Source of the DNA: an uncultured Gammaproteobacteria bacterium
GTDB taxonomy: Bacteria; Pseudomonadota; Gammaproteobacteria; Chromatiales; Chromatiaceae
NCBI GenBank assembly: GCA_963802975.1
Contig: CAWDLA010000008.1
Location: forward strand, 1,524-65,523
DNA: 64,000 nucleotides
Direction: 5' to 3'
This document shows, piece by piece, positions 31,043 to 42,862 of the stretch (its first letter is position 1; every line of letters begins with the position of its first letter). A model generated the notes under the pieces. It was not told the DNA's origin. It saw only the letters and a list, made by a program, of their open reading frames with translations, and did no database searches. A program made the translations under genes and the position numbers.

Positions 31043-31385
31043 CTTGTCTTTTCGTCCGTCTTCGGCGTTGCGACACAGTTACATAGCTCACTATGCGCCT
31101 GTTGTCTCGCCTTGAAGACGAACGAAAATTCGGCGCAATCTGGTATAAGATTTACCGTCAATCGCCTAAGTGCCTTACATATTCCGCTGTTTCGTGCCCC
31201 GGCGCGGCACGGATTTTTCGGCTGAGCCGTGCTAGCATCGCCGGTTAGTGGACTATCCGACGGCGGCGCCCCCGGTCTGGCGGGCCACGGCCGCGGAGCG
31301 ACGGAACGATTCTGTACCATCGGGCTCGGAGGCGCTCGAAACCCAATAAGAGCTGACACAGCAAGAACCGTTAGGAGGCGAAAAA

Positions 31386-31751
31386 ATGCTTTCGTTCAAG
31401 AAGACACTCGCAGGCGCTGCGGGAGCCGCCGCGATTGCGCTGGCGCCGATACCCCTCGTTCTCGCGGCCGATGCTGCGGAGAACGTTGCGGCCGGAAAGG
31501 ACATCGCAATGGACCGTGCCAAGGGAAACTGCATCGCCTGCCACGTGATGGAAGGCGGCGAGAGCCCGGGTAATATCGGCCCGCCGCTGGTTGCCATGAA
31601 GGCCCGCTACCCCGAGGCGAAACGGCTGCGCGATCAGATTTGGGACTCGACTGCCGCAAACCCCGTCAGCGCCATGCCACCGTTTGGCAAACATCAGATC
31701 CTTTCAGAAGAGCAAATCGACCAAGTGGTCGCGTTTATCCTGACGCTTTGA
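31386..31751 (+). CDS. soxX: Sulfur oxidation cytochrome SoxX
   Basis: KGNCIACH, GNIGPPL, MPPFG. Confidence 0.95.
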   Translation: MLSFKKTLAGAAGAAAIALAPIPLVLAADAAENVAAGKDIAMDRAKGNCIACHVMEGGESPGNIGPPLVAMKARYPEAKRLRDQIWDSTAANPVSAMPPFGKHQILSEEQIDQVVAFILTL

Positions 31752-31793
31752 CCGCATGCCCGATAACGCATTCCCCCGGAGGCAAACCAGAAC

Positions 31794-32630
31794 ATGAACA
31801 AGGTCATCGCGATAGTTGCAGTCCTCGGTCTGACTTACGGATCCACGGCCGCTGTGCAGGCATCTCCGAAGGAAGACCAGGAAAACTTCCAGCGCTTCTA
31901 CATGGAGCGCTTCCCTGACGTCCCGAAGGAAGACTTCGTCAACGGCGTCTATTCTATCGACCCGTCCGGCCGCGAAAACTGGGAGGCGATCGAGGAGTTC
32001 CCGCCCTACGAGACGGCCCTCTCGGACGGCGAGGAGATGTGGAACACGCCCTTCGCCAACGGCAAGAGTTACAAGGACTGCTTCCCGGACGGTCCCGCGG
32101 TAGCCGGCAAGTACCCGCACTGGGACAAGGATAGCAGCATGGTGATCACCCTGGCGCTGGCCGTCAACGAGTGCCGCGAGGCCAACGGCGAGAAGCCCCT
32201 GAAGTACAAGAAGGGACCTATCGCCGACATCGTCGCCTATATGGCCTACGAGTCCCGCGGCCAGATCACCAACGTGGTGATCCCCGAGGACGACCCCAAG
32301 GCCCTGGAGGCTTACGAGAAGGGCAAGCAGTTCTGGTTCGCCAGACGCGGGCAGCTGAACTTCTCCTGCGCCACCTGCCACGCACAGAATCCCGGCGCTG
32401 TCCTGCGCACCGAGATCCTGAGCCCCGCTTACGGGCACACCACCCACTGGCCGGTCTACCGCTCCAAGTGGGGCGAGATGGGCACCCTGCACCGCCGTTT
32501 CACCGGCTGCAACAAGCAGGTACGGGCCAAGCCGTTCAAGGCGCAGGGCGAGGAGTACCGGAATCTGGAGTACTTTTTGACCTCCATGAGCAACGGACTT
32601 CCGCTAAACGGGCCCGGCGCACGCAAATAA
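31794..32630 (+). CDS. soxA: Sulfur oxidation cytochrome SoxA (monoheme)
   Basis: RRGQLNFSCATCH, WPVYR, RRFTGCNKQVR. Confidence 0.95.
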   Translation: MNKVIAIVAVLGLTYGSTAAVQASPKEDQENFQRFYMERFPDVPKEDFVNGVYSIDPSGRENWEAIEEFPPYETALSDGEEMWNTPFANGKSYKDCFPDGPAVAGKYPHWDKDSSMVITLALAVNECREANGEKPLKYKKGPIADIVAYMAYESRGQITNVVIPEDDPKALEAYEKGKQFWFARRGQLNFSCATCHAQNPGAVLRTEILSPAYGHTTHWPVYRSKWGEMGTLHRRFTGCNKQVRAKPFKAQGEEYRNLEYFLTSMSNGLPLNGPGARK

Positions 32631-32691
32631 CTGCTTGGCGGCGGCGCTTCGGCGCAGCCTGCCGAGGCGCACGAAGAGGATTTTACAGAAC

Positions 32692-33650
32692 ATGAGAACC
32701 CAAAGAATCTCCGCCGGAATCCTGGCGGCCGCACTGGTAGTCGGCATCCCGCTAACCGCCCGGTCCGATGACAAGGCGGATTTCGAGAAAGCCATAGCGT
32801 CTGCCGAGGACGCGCGGAAGAAGGCAGCGTCCGTCGGCGGGGAGTGGCGCGACACCGGCAAGTTCCTGAAGAAGGCCGAAGCAGCCGCAAAGGAAGGTGA
32901 GTACGCTAAGGCGATGGAGCTCGCCGAAAAGGCAAAGAAGCAGGGCGAGCTGGGCTACGAGCAGGCCATGTCTCAGAAGGACGCTGGCTTTCCCGCCTAC
33001 CTAACCGCGGGGAGCGGCAAAGAGCCAATCGCCGGTGCCGCCAAGGCCTCCGCCGAAAACAAGATCTCCGTAGACATCGACAGCGTCGAGGTCATGCACA
33101 ACGGCGAGAAGGTCGTCATCATGCGCGGCCACGACAACACCGCCACGCTTCCCGAGGAGTTCCTCAAGACCGACCGCGGCTGCCCGCCCTTCTGCGTGCA
33201 ACCCATGGTCGCTGCGGAAGGCGTCGCCACCGTCGGCGAGCTCGAGGTGTTGGACTACCTGAAGAAGTCCTCCGAGGGAGACGCCACGATCCTGGTGGTG
33301 GACAGCCGCACCCCGGACTGGGTCATGCGCGGGACCATACCGGGCTCGGTCAACGTCCCCTGGAATCAGGTAGGCCAGGACAGCATGTCCGGGATGTTCG
33401 GTGATGCCGGGAGATGGCCAGCTCGACAATATCCTGGAAGAGCAGTTCGGTGCCAAGAAGGGCAAGAAGGGCTGGGACTTCTCCGATGCCAAGACCCTGG
33501 TGCTGTTCTGCAACGGCATCTGGTGCGGCCAGTCGTCCACCAACATCGCTACCCTGATCGACGTTGGGCTACCCGGCCGACAAGCTGAAGTGGTACCGCG
33601 GCGGCATGCAGGATTGGGTGAGCGTCGGACTGACCACCGTCAAGCCCTGA
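32692..33650 (+). CDS. SoxK (SoxXA-binding) fused to SoxL-type rhodanese (indels near 33410 and 33565)
   Basis: GGEWRDTGK..YEQA..FPAYL, then CPPFCVQPM, DSRTPDW, FCNGIWCGQS, WYRGGMQDW. Confidence 0.8.
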
Positions 33651-33809
33651 TCGATCCCTGGCGATCGACGAGACGGAATCGAGGCGCCTGCGGGCGCCTC
33701 GACCGTTTCACCTGGATAGCGCCTTTGAACGGCAGATCCACAGAGAACGCAGAGAAAACTCAACGGATTCACCCGTAGGCGAAAGGCGTATAGAATCCTT
33801 CATCCGAAC

Positions 33810-33894
<85 letters not shown>

Positions 33895-34167
33895 TTTCCA
33901 ATCACGAGCTTACGTCCGCCGTCCGGATCTCGCTCGCTCCCCATCCTCCCCATCGTGACCAACTCGGCGTCGGTTGTTGATGGTTTCTCCGTCTCGCCCG
34001 CCAGTTCCGCGGTATCCGCCTCATCCGAAAACACCTCCTGCGCGACCACCGACTCTTGCACCTCGGAAAGCTCCTCGCCTTTGCCGCGTTTCTCGGCCGA
34101 CGTCGGGCGGAAAGTCCGACCGGTATCCGCGGTTGTGTAGTAGGACAGCCGTAAGTCAGACAGGCTC

Positions 34168-34729
34168 CTATCCGAGCTCATCCAGCAGGGTCTCGATCTT
34201 TTCCCTCGCAAGCAGCTTCAGTATGAACTGGTCGAGCTCCGCCTCCTTCGCTGCGTCTCGGTCGCTTTTCCCGCCGTACCCCGTCACTGCCACGAGCAGG
34301 GGCTGGGAATCCAGAGTCGCGGCTCGGATGGAAGCGGCTACTTCAAAGCCATCCATATCAGGCATTCCAATATCGAGGATAAAACCTCGGGATGGAAATC
34401 CCGTATCGCGGTGAGGGTCTCACGGCCTTGATTGAGTGTTCGACGCTCATCCCGTTTTCCACCTGCACCACCTGCATCGATGTTTACTTGCAGAGCAGGT
34501 CTGGGAGCAGGCTGTGATGATCGGCATCTAGGTGCTGGGTGACTACAAAACCGATACCCGTATCCGCGCGCATGGACGTAAACAGGATACGCAACGCTTC
34601 GAGCCCTCCCGCCGAGGCGCCGATACCCTCGATGGGAAGGCTCCTGCGTGCCGGGCCGCAGCTCGAATTTTCATCACCGGATTCAGGGACGCTTTCGCGG
34701 CTGCTTTCCGGTCCTTCGTCGTCGATCAC
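34168..34729 (-). pseudogene. Remnant of CheB-type hybrid sensor (N-terminal CheB and C-terminal receiver fragments)
   Basis: GIGASAGGLEAL..FVVTQHL and PDMDGFEVA..LVAVTGYG with the middle missing. Confidence 0.7.
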
Positions 34730-34908
34730 ATTTACGCCTCTGAATCAGCGTTTGAAAAAATCGCGAACGGGTTGACCAGTACTCAGATCTTTGTAAGCGA
34801 CCGCTGAAAGCGTACGCAGCTCTGCATTCTCGATCCAACGCTAGTGAGCGGGACGTCCTAAACCGGGCTCGTCAAGCCGGCCCTTTTCGCTCTTGCCCGT
34901 TTAAAAGC

Positions 34909-36609
34909 TTAGGCGAGCTCAACACCCGTCTTGCGCGCGTTTGAGATCTTGCCCCAAGTATCGCGAAGCCCGACGGTGCGGTTGAAAACGAGCTTCTCCG
35001 GGTGGGAATCCTTGTCAACCACGAAGTAGCCCTCGCGCTCGAACTGATAGCGATTCCCAGGGGTCGCCTTTGCGAGATTCGGCTCCAGCACGCAGTGGGT
35101 CAGAGTGCGCAGCGAGTCCGGATTGAGGTCTGCGAGAAAGTCCCTACCCCCGAAACGGGGCTCCGGTACCGCGAACAGCCGGTCGTAGAGCCTCACTTCC
35201 GCATGGACCGCATGATCCGCCGAGACCCAGTGAATGACGCCCTTGACCTTGCGGCCCTCGGGTTTCTTGCCAAGCGTGTCGGGATCATGGGTGCAGCGCA
35301 GCTCGACGACCTCCCCCGCCTCGTCCTTGATGACCCGGTCACAGCGGATGACATAGGCATTGCGCAGCCGCACCTCGCCCCCGGTGATCAATCGCTTGAA
35401 GCCCCTGACCGGCTCCTCCAGGAAGTCCTCCCGGTCGATGAAGATCTCCCGCGAGAAGGGTACGACCCGCGTACCCATGGAATCGTCCTTGGGGTGATTA
35501 GACAGCGTAAGCTCCTCCGTGTGACCCTCGGGATAGCTCTCTATGACCAGCTTCAGCGGCCGCAGGACCGCCATGGCGCGGGGTGCGTTGTGGTCCAGGT
35601 CCTCGCGGATGGCGCTCTCCAGCATGGCCATTTCTACCAGGTTGTCGGACTTGGTCACCCCGATGCGGCCACAGAACTCGCGGATGGCCGTCGGCGTGTA
35701 GCCGCGGCGGCGAAGCCCGGCAACGCTGGGCATGCGCGGGTCATCCCAGCCCTCGACGAATCCTTCGTCCACCAGCTGCGTGAGCATTCGCTTGCTCATC
35801 ACCGTGTACTCCAAGTTGAGCCGGGAGAACTCGATTTGGCGCGGCTTGCAGGGCACGGAGACGTTGTCGACGGCCCAGTCGTAGAGGGGCCGGTGATCTT
35901 CGAACTCCAGGGTGCACAACGAGTGGGTGATTCCCTCGAGGGCGTCGGAGATCGGGTGGGTGAAGTCGTACATGGGGTACAGGCACCACTCGCTGCCCGT
36001 TTGGTGGTGGATCACCCCGTGGCGTATACGGTACAGGACCGGATCGCGCATGTTGAGGTTGGGCGAGGCCATATCGATTTTAGCCCGCAGGGTCAGGGTT
36101 CCGTCGGGAAACTCCCCGGAGCGCATACGCTCGAACAGGTCCAGATTCTCCTGAACCGGGCGACTACGGTAGGGGCTCTCCCGCCCGGGCTCGGTCAGGG
36201 TACCGCGATAGTCGCGCATCTGATCCGCATTCAGCTCGCAAACGTACGCCAGCCCCTTCCCGATCAGCTCGACGGCAAACTCGTAGAGCTGCTCGAAATA
36301 ATCCGAGGCGAAATAGAGCCGATCTCCCCAGTCGTACCCGAGCCAGCGCACGTCCTGTTTGATGGCGTCGACGAATTCCATGTTCTCCTTGTGGGGGTTG
36401 GTGTCGTCGAAACGCAGGTTGCAGGTGCCCTGATAATCCTCCGCGACCCCGAAATTGAGAACGATGGACTTCGCATGCCCGATGTGCAAATAGCCGTTCG
36501 GCTCCGGTGGGAAGCGGGTTGCAATGCGCGAATGTTTTCCGCTGGCCAGATCCTCGTCGATGATCTGGCGAATGAAATTGGTCTTCAGGGGAGCTTCTTT
36601 CTCTGACAT
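34909..36609 (-). CDS. glnS: Glutamine--tRNA ligase
   Basis: [27 protein letters not shown]. Confidence 0.98.
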   Translation of the reverse strand: MSEKEAPLKTNFIRQIIDEDLASGKHSRIATRFPPEPNGYLHIGHAKSIVLNFGVAEDYQGTCNLRFDDTNPHKENMEFVDAIKQDVRWLGYDWGDRLYFASDYFEQLYEFAVELIGKGLAYVCELNADQMRDYRGTLTEPGRESPYRSRPVQENLDLFERMRSGEFPDGTLTLRAKIDMASPNLNMRDPVLYRIRHGVIHHQTGSEWCLYPMYDFTHPISDALEGITHSLCTLEFEDHRPLYDWAVDNVSVPCKPRQIEFSRLNLEYTVMSKRMLTQLVDEGFVEGWDDPRMPSVAGLRRRGYTPTAIREFCGRIGVTKSDNLVEMAMLESAIREDLDHNAPRAMAVLRPLKLVIESYPEGHTEELTLSNHPKDDSMGTRVVPFSREIFIDREDFLEEPVRGFKRLITGGEVRLRNAYVIRCDRVIKDEAGEVVELRCTHDPDTLGKKPEGRKVKGVIHWVSADHAVHAEVRLYDRLFAVPEPRFGGRDFLADLNPDSLRTLTHCVLEPNLAKATPGNRYQFEREGYFVVDKDSHPEKLVFNRTVGLRDTWGKISNARKTGVELA

Positions 36610-36803
36610 CTGTACGCTGCTGTGAAGGCAAAAAAGAATTAGGACAGGGTTGAGGGGCCATTATGCCTCAACAAGCTGGTCAGGAAAGGCGCAGGAACGC
36701 CAAGGAATGGGCCCTGCTCCAGAGTGACGGCGCCGAACGCGGTAACTTTCGCGCAACCCGGTTGGCCGACCCTGCTCTCGATCGCCCTGCAACGACGTGG
36801 TCT

Positions 36804-36915
36804 GTGTCAAATTGGCAGATAAGGGGTGTTTCTGCTGCCAAAAAGGCAGCCCCCTTTTGTGTGCCCTACCGGTCCATACCGCTCCCGCAGGCGAAAGCTC
36901 CTGTCACTTTGTCAG
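36804..36915. promoter_or_regulatory. Three 15-bp palindromic boxes (putative enhancer sites)
   Basis: GTGTCAAATTGGCAG 36804, CTGCCAAAAAGGCAG 36835, CTGTCACTTTGTCAG 36901. Confidence 0.65.
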
Positions 36916-37048
36916 TTTTCGCGAAATCGCCTATCCGAGCCTAACCGGAGATTACAGCTTGCTGTCTGTATCAAGGCCGGCCCTTTATACTTGATCTACA
37001 TATGGATATCGGGATTCGCGGAAAGCGGCGACGGCCCGGGAGGTTTAA

Positions 37049-37063
37049 TGGCTCATTAATTGC
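37049..37063 (+). promoter_or_regulatory. sigma54 promoter
   Basis: TGGCTCATTAATTGC (GG-N10-GC) 54 nt before ATG 37117. Confidence 0.75.
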
Positions 37064-37116
37064 CTATAAGTTGATTCCGACTTTGTTTTAAAACTTGAGA
37101 GAGGACAGGATTAAAG

Positions 37117-37940
<824 letters not shown>

Positions 37941-37970
37941 GCTTCCGCCGGTATAGTCAGCCCGAACAAG

Positions 37971-38003
37971 AAGCCGCCGTCGCTCATCGATGGCGGCTTT
38001 TTT
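37971..38003 (+). terminator. Rho-independent terminator
   Basis: AAGCCGCCGTCG-CTCAT-CGATGGCGGCTT-TTTT. Confidence 0.85.
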
Positions 38004-38193
38004 GCGTCTATGCCAGAATGCTCCGAAGGGGCATCACCCTTTCGCACTCGGGTTATCGGTGACCGGATGGTCGCAAGCCCAGCTCTGCCGGACTGAAGTC
38101 CGACCGACGAAACCGAAAATCGACCTGCTACCGGTATACATCCAGCTTGGGCTATGCTGTTAGTAACGATTTCGACCCAAAGAGGAAGATGCC

Positions 38194-38712
38194 GTGAAGC
38201 GCTACAGGATCGCAGCAGCAATCGCACTTGGCGTTCTAATCCCGACCGCCTCCGCCACCGCTTGGTGGCAGTGGCTCCACCAAGACCTGCCCTATGCGCC
38301 GGGGCCCGGTTTATGGCTGTATCAGAATATCCCGCAGGGATCGGCACCAGGTCAGATGCAACCTTGGTTCTGGCGCAGCCAATCGATGCCTACCGGACCG
38401 ACCGGCATCTGGTCCTCAACCATGCCCATGAGCAGTCTTTTCGTCGAGCAGTCCCATACCCCCTTGGGCTATGCCATCAGGGTCCGCACCGGACACCCGG
38501 GAACACAAGACATCGACATCGGCCTGGAGGGCCATGCACTAGTCATCAAAAAGCGGGCGATGGCGCAAAACGCACCCGGCATCCCTATGCAGATGCAGCA
38601 ATCTGGATGGTCGACGCAGTGGGTGTCGCTGCCAGCGGATGCCAACGTCTCTGCCCTGCGGATATCGCGGGGCAATGGAGTGGTCGAGATCTTCGTTCCC
38701 AGGACACATTGA
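38194..38712 (+). CDS. Hsp20/alpha-crystallin-like protein with signal peptide
   Basis: DIDIGLEGHALVIK..VSLPADA..GVVEIFVPR; N-terminus MKRYRIAAAIALGVLIPTASATA. Confidence 0.65.
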   Translation: MKRYRIAAAIALGVLIPTASATAWWQWLHQDLPYAPGPGLWLYQNIPQGSAPGQMQPWFWRSQSMPTGPTGIWSSTMPMSSLFVEQSHTPLGYAIRVRTGHPGTQDIDIGLEGHALVIKKRAMAQNAPGIPMQMQQSGWSTQWVSLPADANVSALRISRGNGVVEIFVPRTH

Positions 38713-38740
38713 GAAACTACAGAAAGGTTGCGCAGTACAG

Positions 38741-40306
38741 TCAATCGCGCAGCAAAAACTCACGAACCGTCCCGGCTTCCAGATCCAGCTCCAGAATGCG
38801 GTGATTGTTGGTATCAGCCACTAAAATACGCCCATTCGATACGGCGACACCGCCGGGCTCGTTCAGCTGCGTCTCGGCAATAGCCCCAAGGCGCCCACCG
38901 GGCTCTCCCGTCCCCAATAGCGTCGTCACACGACCATCCTTCAGGTCCAGCAGCTTGATCTTGTGGTTGTAGGTGTCGGCGATCAACAGCCGGTCGGCGT
39001 CCAACAATGCGACGCCGGAGGCATGTTGGAGCTGGACATCGTCCAAATCGCCGTCCCGGTCGCCGAACTCGAAAAGGCCCTTGCCTACCAGGTTCTCCAC
39101 CTCTCCCTCGTTCAACCGAATACGCCGGATGGCCGATGCCTCCGCGTCGGCAACAAAGAGATCCTCACCGCTGCGGGCCAATCCGCTCGGCTGGCTGAAG
39201 CTCGCCCGATCAAGGGGCCCAGTGTCGATGCCCTCGCGCCGCGAGCCCGCATAGGGTCGGATCCTGCCGTCCTCCAGACCCAGACGCCAGATCTGGTGAT
39301 TCCCCGCCATGGCGATATAAAGGTCGCTCCCCTTCAGCGCCAGATCCCAGGGCGAGCGCAGATCCAGGTGCCGTGCGTCGTACTCCCCCTGCTCCAACAG
39401 GCCGACCCGTCCGGTGCCGGCCAGCGTGGTGACATGCCCGCTCCCGAGGTCCAGGTGACGGACCGCGTGATTGCCCGCATCCGCCACCAGAAGGATACCG
39501 TCCTCCCCGAACACCAGACCCTGAGGGGCGTTGAGCTGCGCCTCATCCGCCGCTGCGTCTTTCAGGCCAGGGGCTCCGGAGCCGAACGTCCGGATCACCT
39601 GTCCGTCGGCGTCCGCAACGATGATCCGGTGATGAAGCGTGTCGCTGATCGCCACCCGGGAACCGTCGGAGCTGACAGCGATCTTCCCCGGGGCGGCGAG
39701 CCGGGAGTCGGCGAAACGGGCCTTCTCCAGTGAGATCGGCAACGGCCGCTCGTCCATCTTCTCCCGATACAGCTCCTCGATCTTGACGATGGCCCGAATC
39801 AGTCGGTCCGCGTTGCCCTCTCCCGTGACGCGCCCGAGCCAGCGTCCATCCGGTGTGAACAGGGCCAATGTGGGCCAGGCACGAACCCGGTAGCGTTCCA
39901 TGAGCAACCAGTCCGGGTCGTTGACGATCGGGTGGCGGCGGTCGAGTCGCACGACCGTATTACGTAATGTCTCCAGGTTCTTCTCGTTGTCGAACTTCGG
40001 CGAATGGACGCCGACTACCGCGATCTTGTTTCCGAAACGATCCTCCAGCTGGCGCAGCTCTTCGATCACGTGGACGCAGTTGATGCAGCCGTAGGTCCAG
40101 AAGTCCAGAATGACGATCTTTCCCGCCAGATCTCCTGCGGTCAACGGTCGCTCGACGTTCAGCCACTCCAGGCCTTCTGGAAAAGCCAGACCGGGCGCAC
40201 CCCGCGGTGAGGTTTGTGCCGATGACGATAAGAGCAAGGCACAGAGACAGATCAGCAGCGAGTACGTCCGGCTGTGGGAAGGATGCCGGTTTCGCTCATT
40301 CATCAT
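38741..40306 (-). CDS. Secreted thioredoxin-like + NHL repeat protein (SOQ1/NHLRC2-like)
   Basis: LDFWTYGCINC, GVHSPKF, RAWPT, LRSPWDL, AMAGNHQIW, ADTYNHKI. Confidence 0.9.
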   Translation of the reverse strand: MMNERNRHPSHSRTYSLLICLCALLLSSSAQTSPRGAPGLAFPEGLEWLNVERPLTAGDLAGKIVILDFWTYGCINCVHVIEELRQLEDRFGNKIAVVGVHSPKFDNEKNLETLRNTVVRLDRRHPIVNDPDWLLMERYRVRAWPTLALFTPDGRWLGRVTGEGNADRLIRAIVKIEELYREKMDERPLPISLEKARFADSRLAAPGKIAVSSDGSRVAISDTLHHRIIVADADGQVIRTFGSGAPGLKDAAADEAQLNAPQGLVFGEDGILLVADAGNHAVRHLDLGSGHVTTLAGTGRVGLLEQGEYDARHLDLRSPWDLALKGSDLYIAMAGNHQIWRLGLEDGRIRPYAGSRREGIDTGPLDRASFSQPSGLARSGEDLFVADAEASAIRRIRLNEGEVENLVGKGLFEFGDRDGDLDDVQLQHASGVALLDADRLLIADTYNHKIKLLDLKDGRVTTLLGTGEPGGRLGAIAETQLNEPGGVAVSNGRILVADTNNHRILELDLEAGTVREFLLRD

Positions 40307-40336
40307 TCGAATTCATCAATATCGCAGACGATCGCT

Positions 40337-41400
40337 TCAATCCAGCACCTGGTACAGAGCTCTGTGATGATCTGTCCTGAGACAGACCCAGCAGAGACAC
40401 GCGGCTTGCGCGCGGGTAGCGGGGGCGTGAAACTCTGCACCGCACGCAGGGCAACGCCGCTCTTGTAACGGAACTCGAGTCTCCTGCTCCCGGTCCATGG
40501 GATTGACAACGACCGCATCCCGCTCACAGACGTCGGTACAAATGCCGCAACCGCTGCATCGTTCGGCGTGAATCAAGAAAAGGAGTTCATTCGGCGCCTC
40601 CGCATGCAGCTCGATCGCCTGCTGCGGACACAGCCGAACACAGGCGTCACAACCGACGCAGAGCCCGGGGTCGATTCGAGGCACGTAGGGGAACAGGGAA
40701 TCGGCGTCACGGCCTTCGAGCAACATACCCGGAGGCACGAAGGCTCCGATCACGTCCTCAATCGCCGCCTGCACCCGTTCCTTCGGGAGCTTGACGGAAT
40801 TGCGGAAGAAGGCACGGCGATCCAGGGGCCGGGAAGCAGAAAGCTCGCAAATACGGCGAAACGTCTTGTCCCAGGCATCCGCCTCCAGATTCCGGTGCTT
40901 GAGCGGCTTCAGCCCGCGGGACGCCAGCAGGCGGTTGGCCTCATCCAGACGCTGCGTCAAACGCTTTGCCCCGCCCCTGTTACAGCCTTCACAGTCACCG
41001 CGGCTGGTAACGAGAAAGCCGGCGCCATCGCGGCGAAGCTGCAGCAGGTCCGACATCCCCAGGGTATGCAGGCAGGGCATCAAGCCATCGCTTCCGGTCC
41101 TTACGCCCGCGTGCTCACAGGCCGCAAAGGCGACACCGCCCTGGTCGGTCGTCTTCAGTGACGCAGAGAACCGCCCTTCGATGGCCCCTTGCGGACAGGC
41201 AGGCACACAGAGGTCGCAGCCGTCGCATCTGTCCCTATCGATACCCAGCAGCTCGTCGTCGATAACCCAGGCATCCCTGGGACAGGCATCCACGCAGGCC
41301 CGGCAGGAGGCCGTTTCCATGAGCGCATGGACACAGCGCTCGCCGATGACTCGGGGAGCCTTAGATCGTTTGGGGCTGCTGCCTGCAGCTCACGCCACAT
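40337..41400 (-). CDS. Poly-[4Fe-4S] ferredoxin (indel near 41340)
   Basis: Four ferredoxin-type Cys motifs plus further Cys clusters. Confidence 0.8.
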
Positions 41401-41402
41401 GG

Positions 41403-42179
41403 CTACCAGGAGGGAGCAGTACCCGGCACGTAGGGTCCGGGGAGATCCACCGCGACGGAATCCTTGGGCCGCATGCGCTCGTCGATCTCCTCTCTAGAGG
41501 GGATGGGCTCACCCGTGGCGGCGGCCAACAGCTCCCTGAGCTCGGATAAATAGGCGGCAGTCAGTTGCACCAGCCCGGCGTAGAGGTGCGTTTGGCACCG
41601 ATTGCTCACGCGTTCGGCAAATTCATGAATCCAGCGCAACAGGTGCTCATCCAGAAAACGAGCCACATCGGACAAAGCGGCATTACCCGCATCCGTAGCC
41701 GTCATGTGCGCCGCAAAGCGAAGCTGATTGACCAGGTGATCGTCGGTGCGCTTGCGCCAATCTTCGACCTGAAGTCCGAAGCGTCCGTACCATTCGCGCA
41801 CCTGAAACATGGGCTCCTGCATGGTAAGGCCCTCATGGTCCAGCCACACGGACTCGCAGGGAAAGGCCTGGAGGCTGTTGTTCAGATAGATATCGGCATA
41901 CTCGGCGGCGAGGATGTCCAGCGTCTGGTCGGTAAGCTCCTCGGGCAGGTCGATCAATCCTTGCCGAAACAGGCCCATGGCCTCCTGTCCCGCTTCGCTC
42001 ACAAGCACGAGCCCGAGGAAGTCCTCGCGGCAGTCCTGCCTCAGGGCCTGCACAAGCCCCTGGTCCAGCTCCTTGTCCTGCAGCACCGCCAACGAGAGAA
42101 GGTCAACCGCCGCTGCGCTGCGAAAACGCAACAGGGGGGCCGTCCCCCCCCTATCCTGATCCGGGATCGGGTCCATCAT
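41403..42179 (-). CDS. TorD/DmsD family molybdoenzyme chaperone
   Basis: PCESVWL, DDHL, FLDEHLLRW. Confidence 0.88.
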   Translation of the reverse strand: MMDPIPDQDRGGTAPLLRFRSAAAVDLLSLAVLQDKELDQGLVQALRQDCREDFLGLVLVSEAGQEAMGLFRQGLIDLPEELTDQTLDILAAEYADIYLNNSLQAFPCESVWLDHEGLTMQEPMFQVREWYGRFGLQVEDWRKRTDDHLVNQLRFAAHMTATDAGNAALSDVARFLDEHLLRWIHEFAERVSNRCQTHLYAGLVQLTAAYLSELRELLAAATGEPIPSREEIDERMRPKDSVAVDLPGPYVPGTAPSW

Positions 42180-42842
42180 TCGACCTTGCCCTTGCTGTGG
42201 GGCACGAACACGATGGACGGATTGGTCAGCTCGGGATTGGCGAAATTCTTGACCGCGCGTACCGGTACCTCCTGCGGACCGATGGCCTTGGTCTCGTACT
42301 GATTCTCCCGCAGCTTGTCGATGGGACCGACGTCCAGCACCCGCATCATGCAGGCCATCACGCAGTAGGGCTTGCGCCCGGCCTCGATCTCGTCCACGCA
42401 CAGGTTGCACTTGGAGACGATGTTCTGCTCCGGGATGAACTGGGGCGCACCATAGGGACAGGCCGCCTCGCAGCGGCGGCAACCGATGCACAGGGTCGAA
42501 TCGATATCGACGATGCCGTTGTCCTGGCGCTTCCAGATCGCACCGGTCGGACAGGTCGGCAGGCAGGCAGGCTCGGCGCAGTGATTGCAGGACGTGTTGA
42601 CCTTGTAGGCGTAGACGTCGGGGAAGATTCCCCCCTCAATGTACTGCACCCGGCGGAAGCGCGGCCCCGGCGGCAGGCCGTTCTTGTCCTTGCAGGCGAT
42701 CTCGCAGGCACGGCAGCCGATACAGTCCACGTTGTTGTGCACGAACCCAAGCTGCATGTCGGGCACGACCGGCTTGTAGACTCTCGAGCTTCCGGCGCTT
42801 GACGGCCTCTTTGATCTTTGCTTTGTCTTTTGTTTCAGCCAT
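42176..42842 (-). CDS. dmsB: DmsB-like 4x[4Fe-4S] subunit (indel near 42780)
   Basis: CIGCRACEIACK, CNHCAEPACLPTCP, CIGCRRCEAACP, KCNLC..PYCVMAC, LTNPSIV. Confidence 0.85.
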
Positions 42843-42862
42843 GGATCGATCCTCCGAACCTG

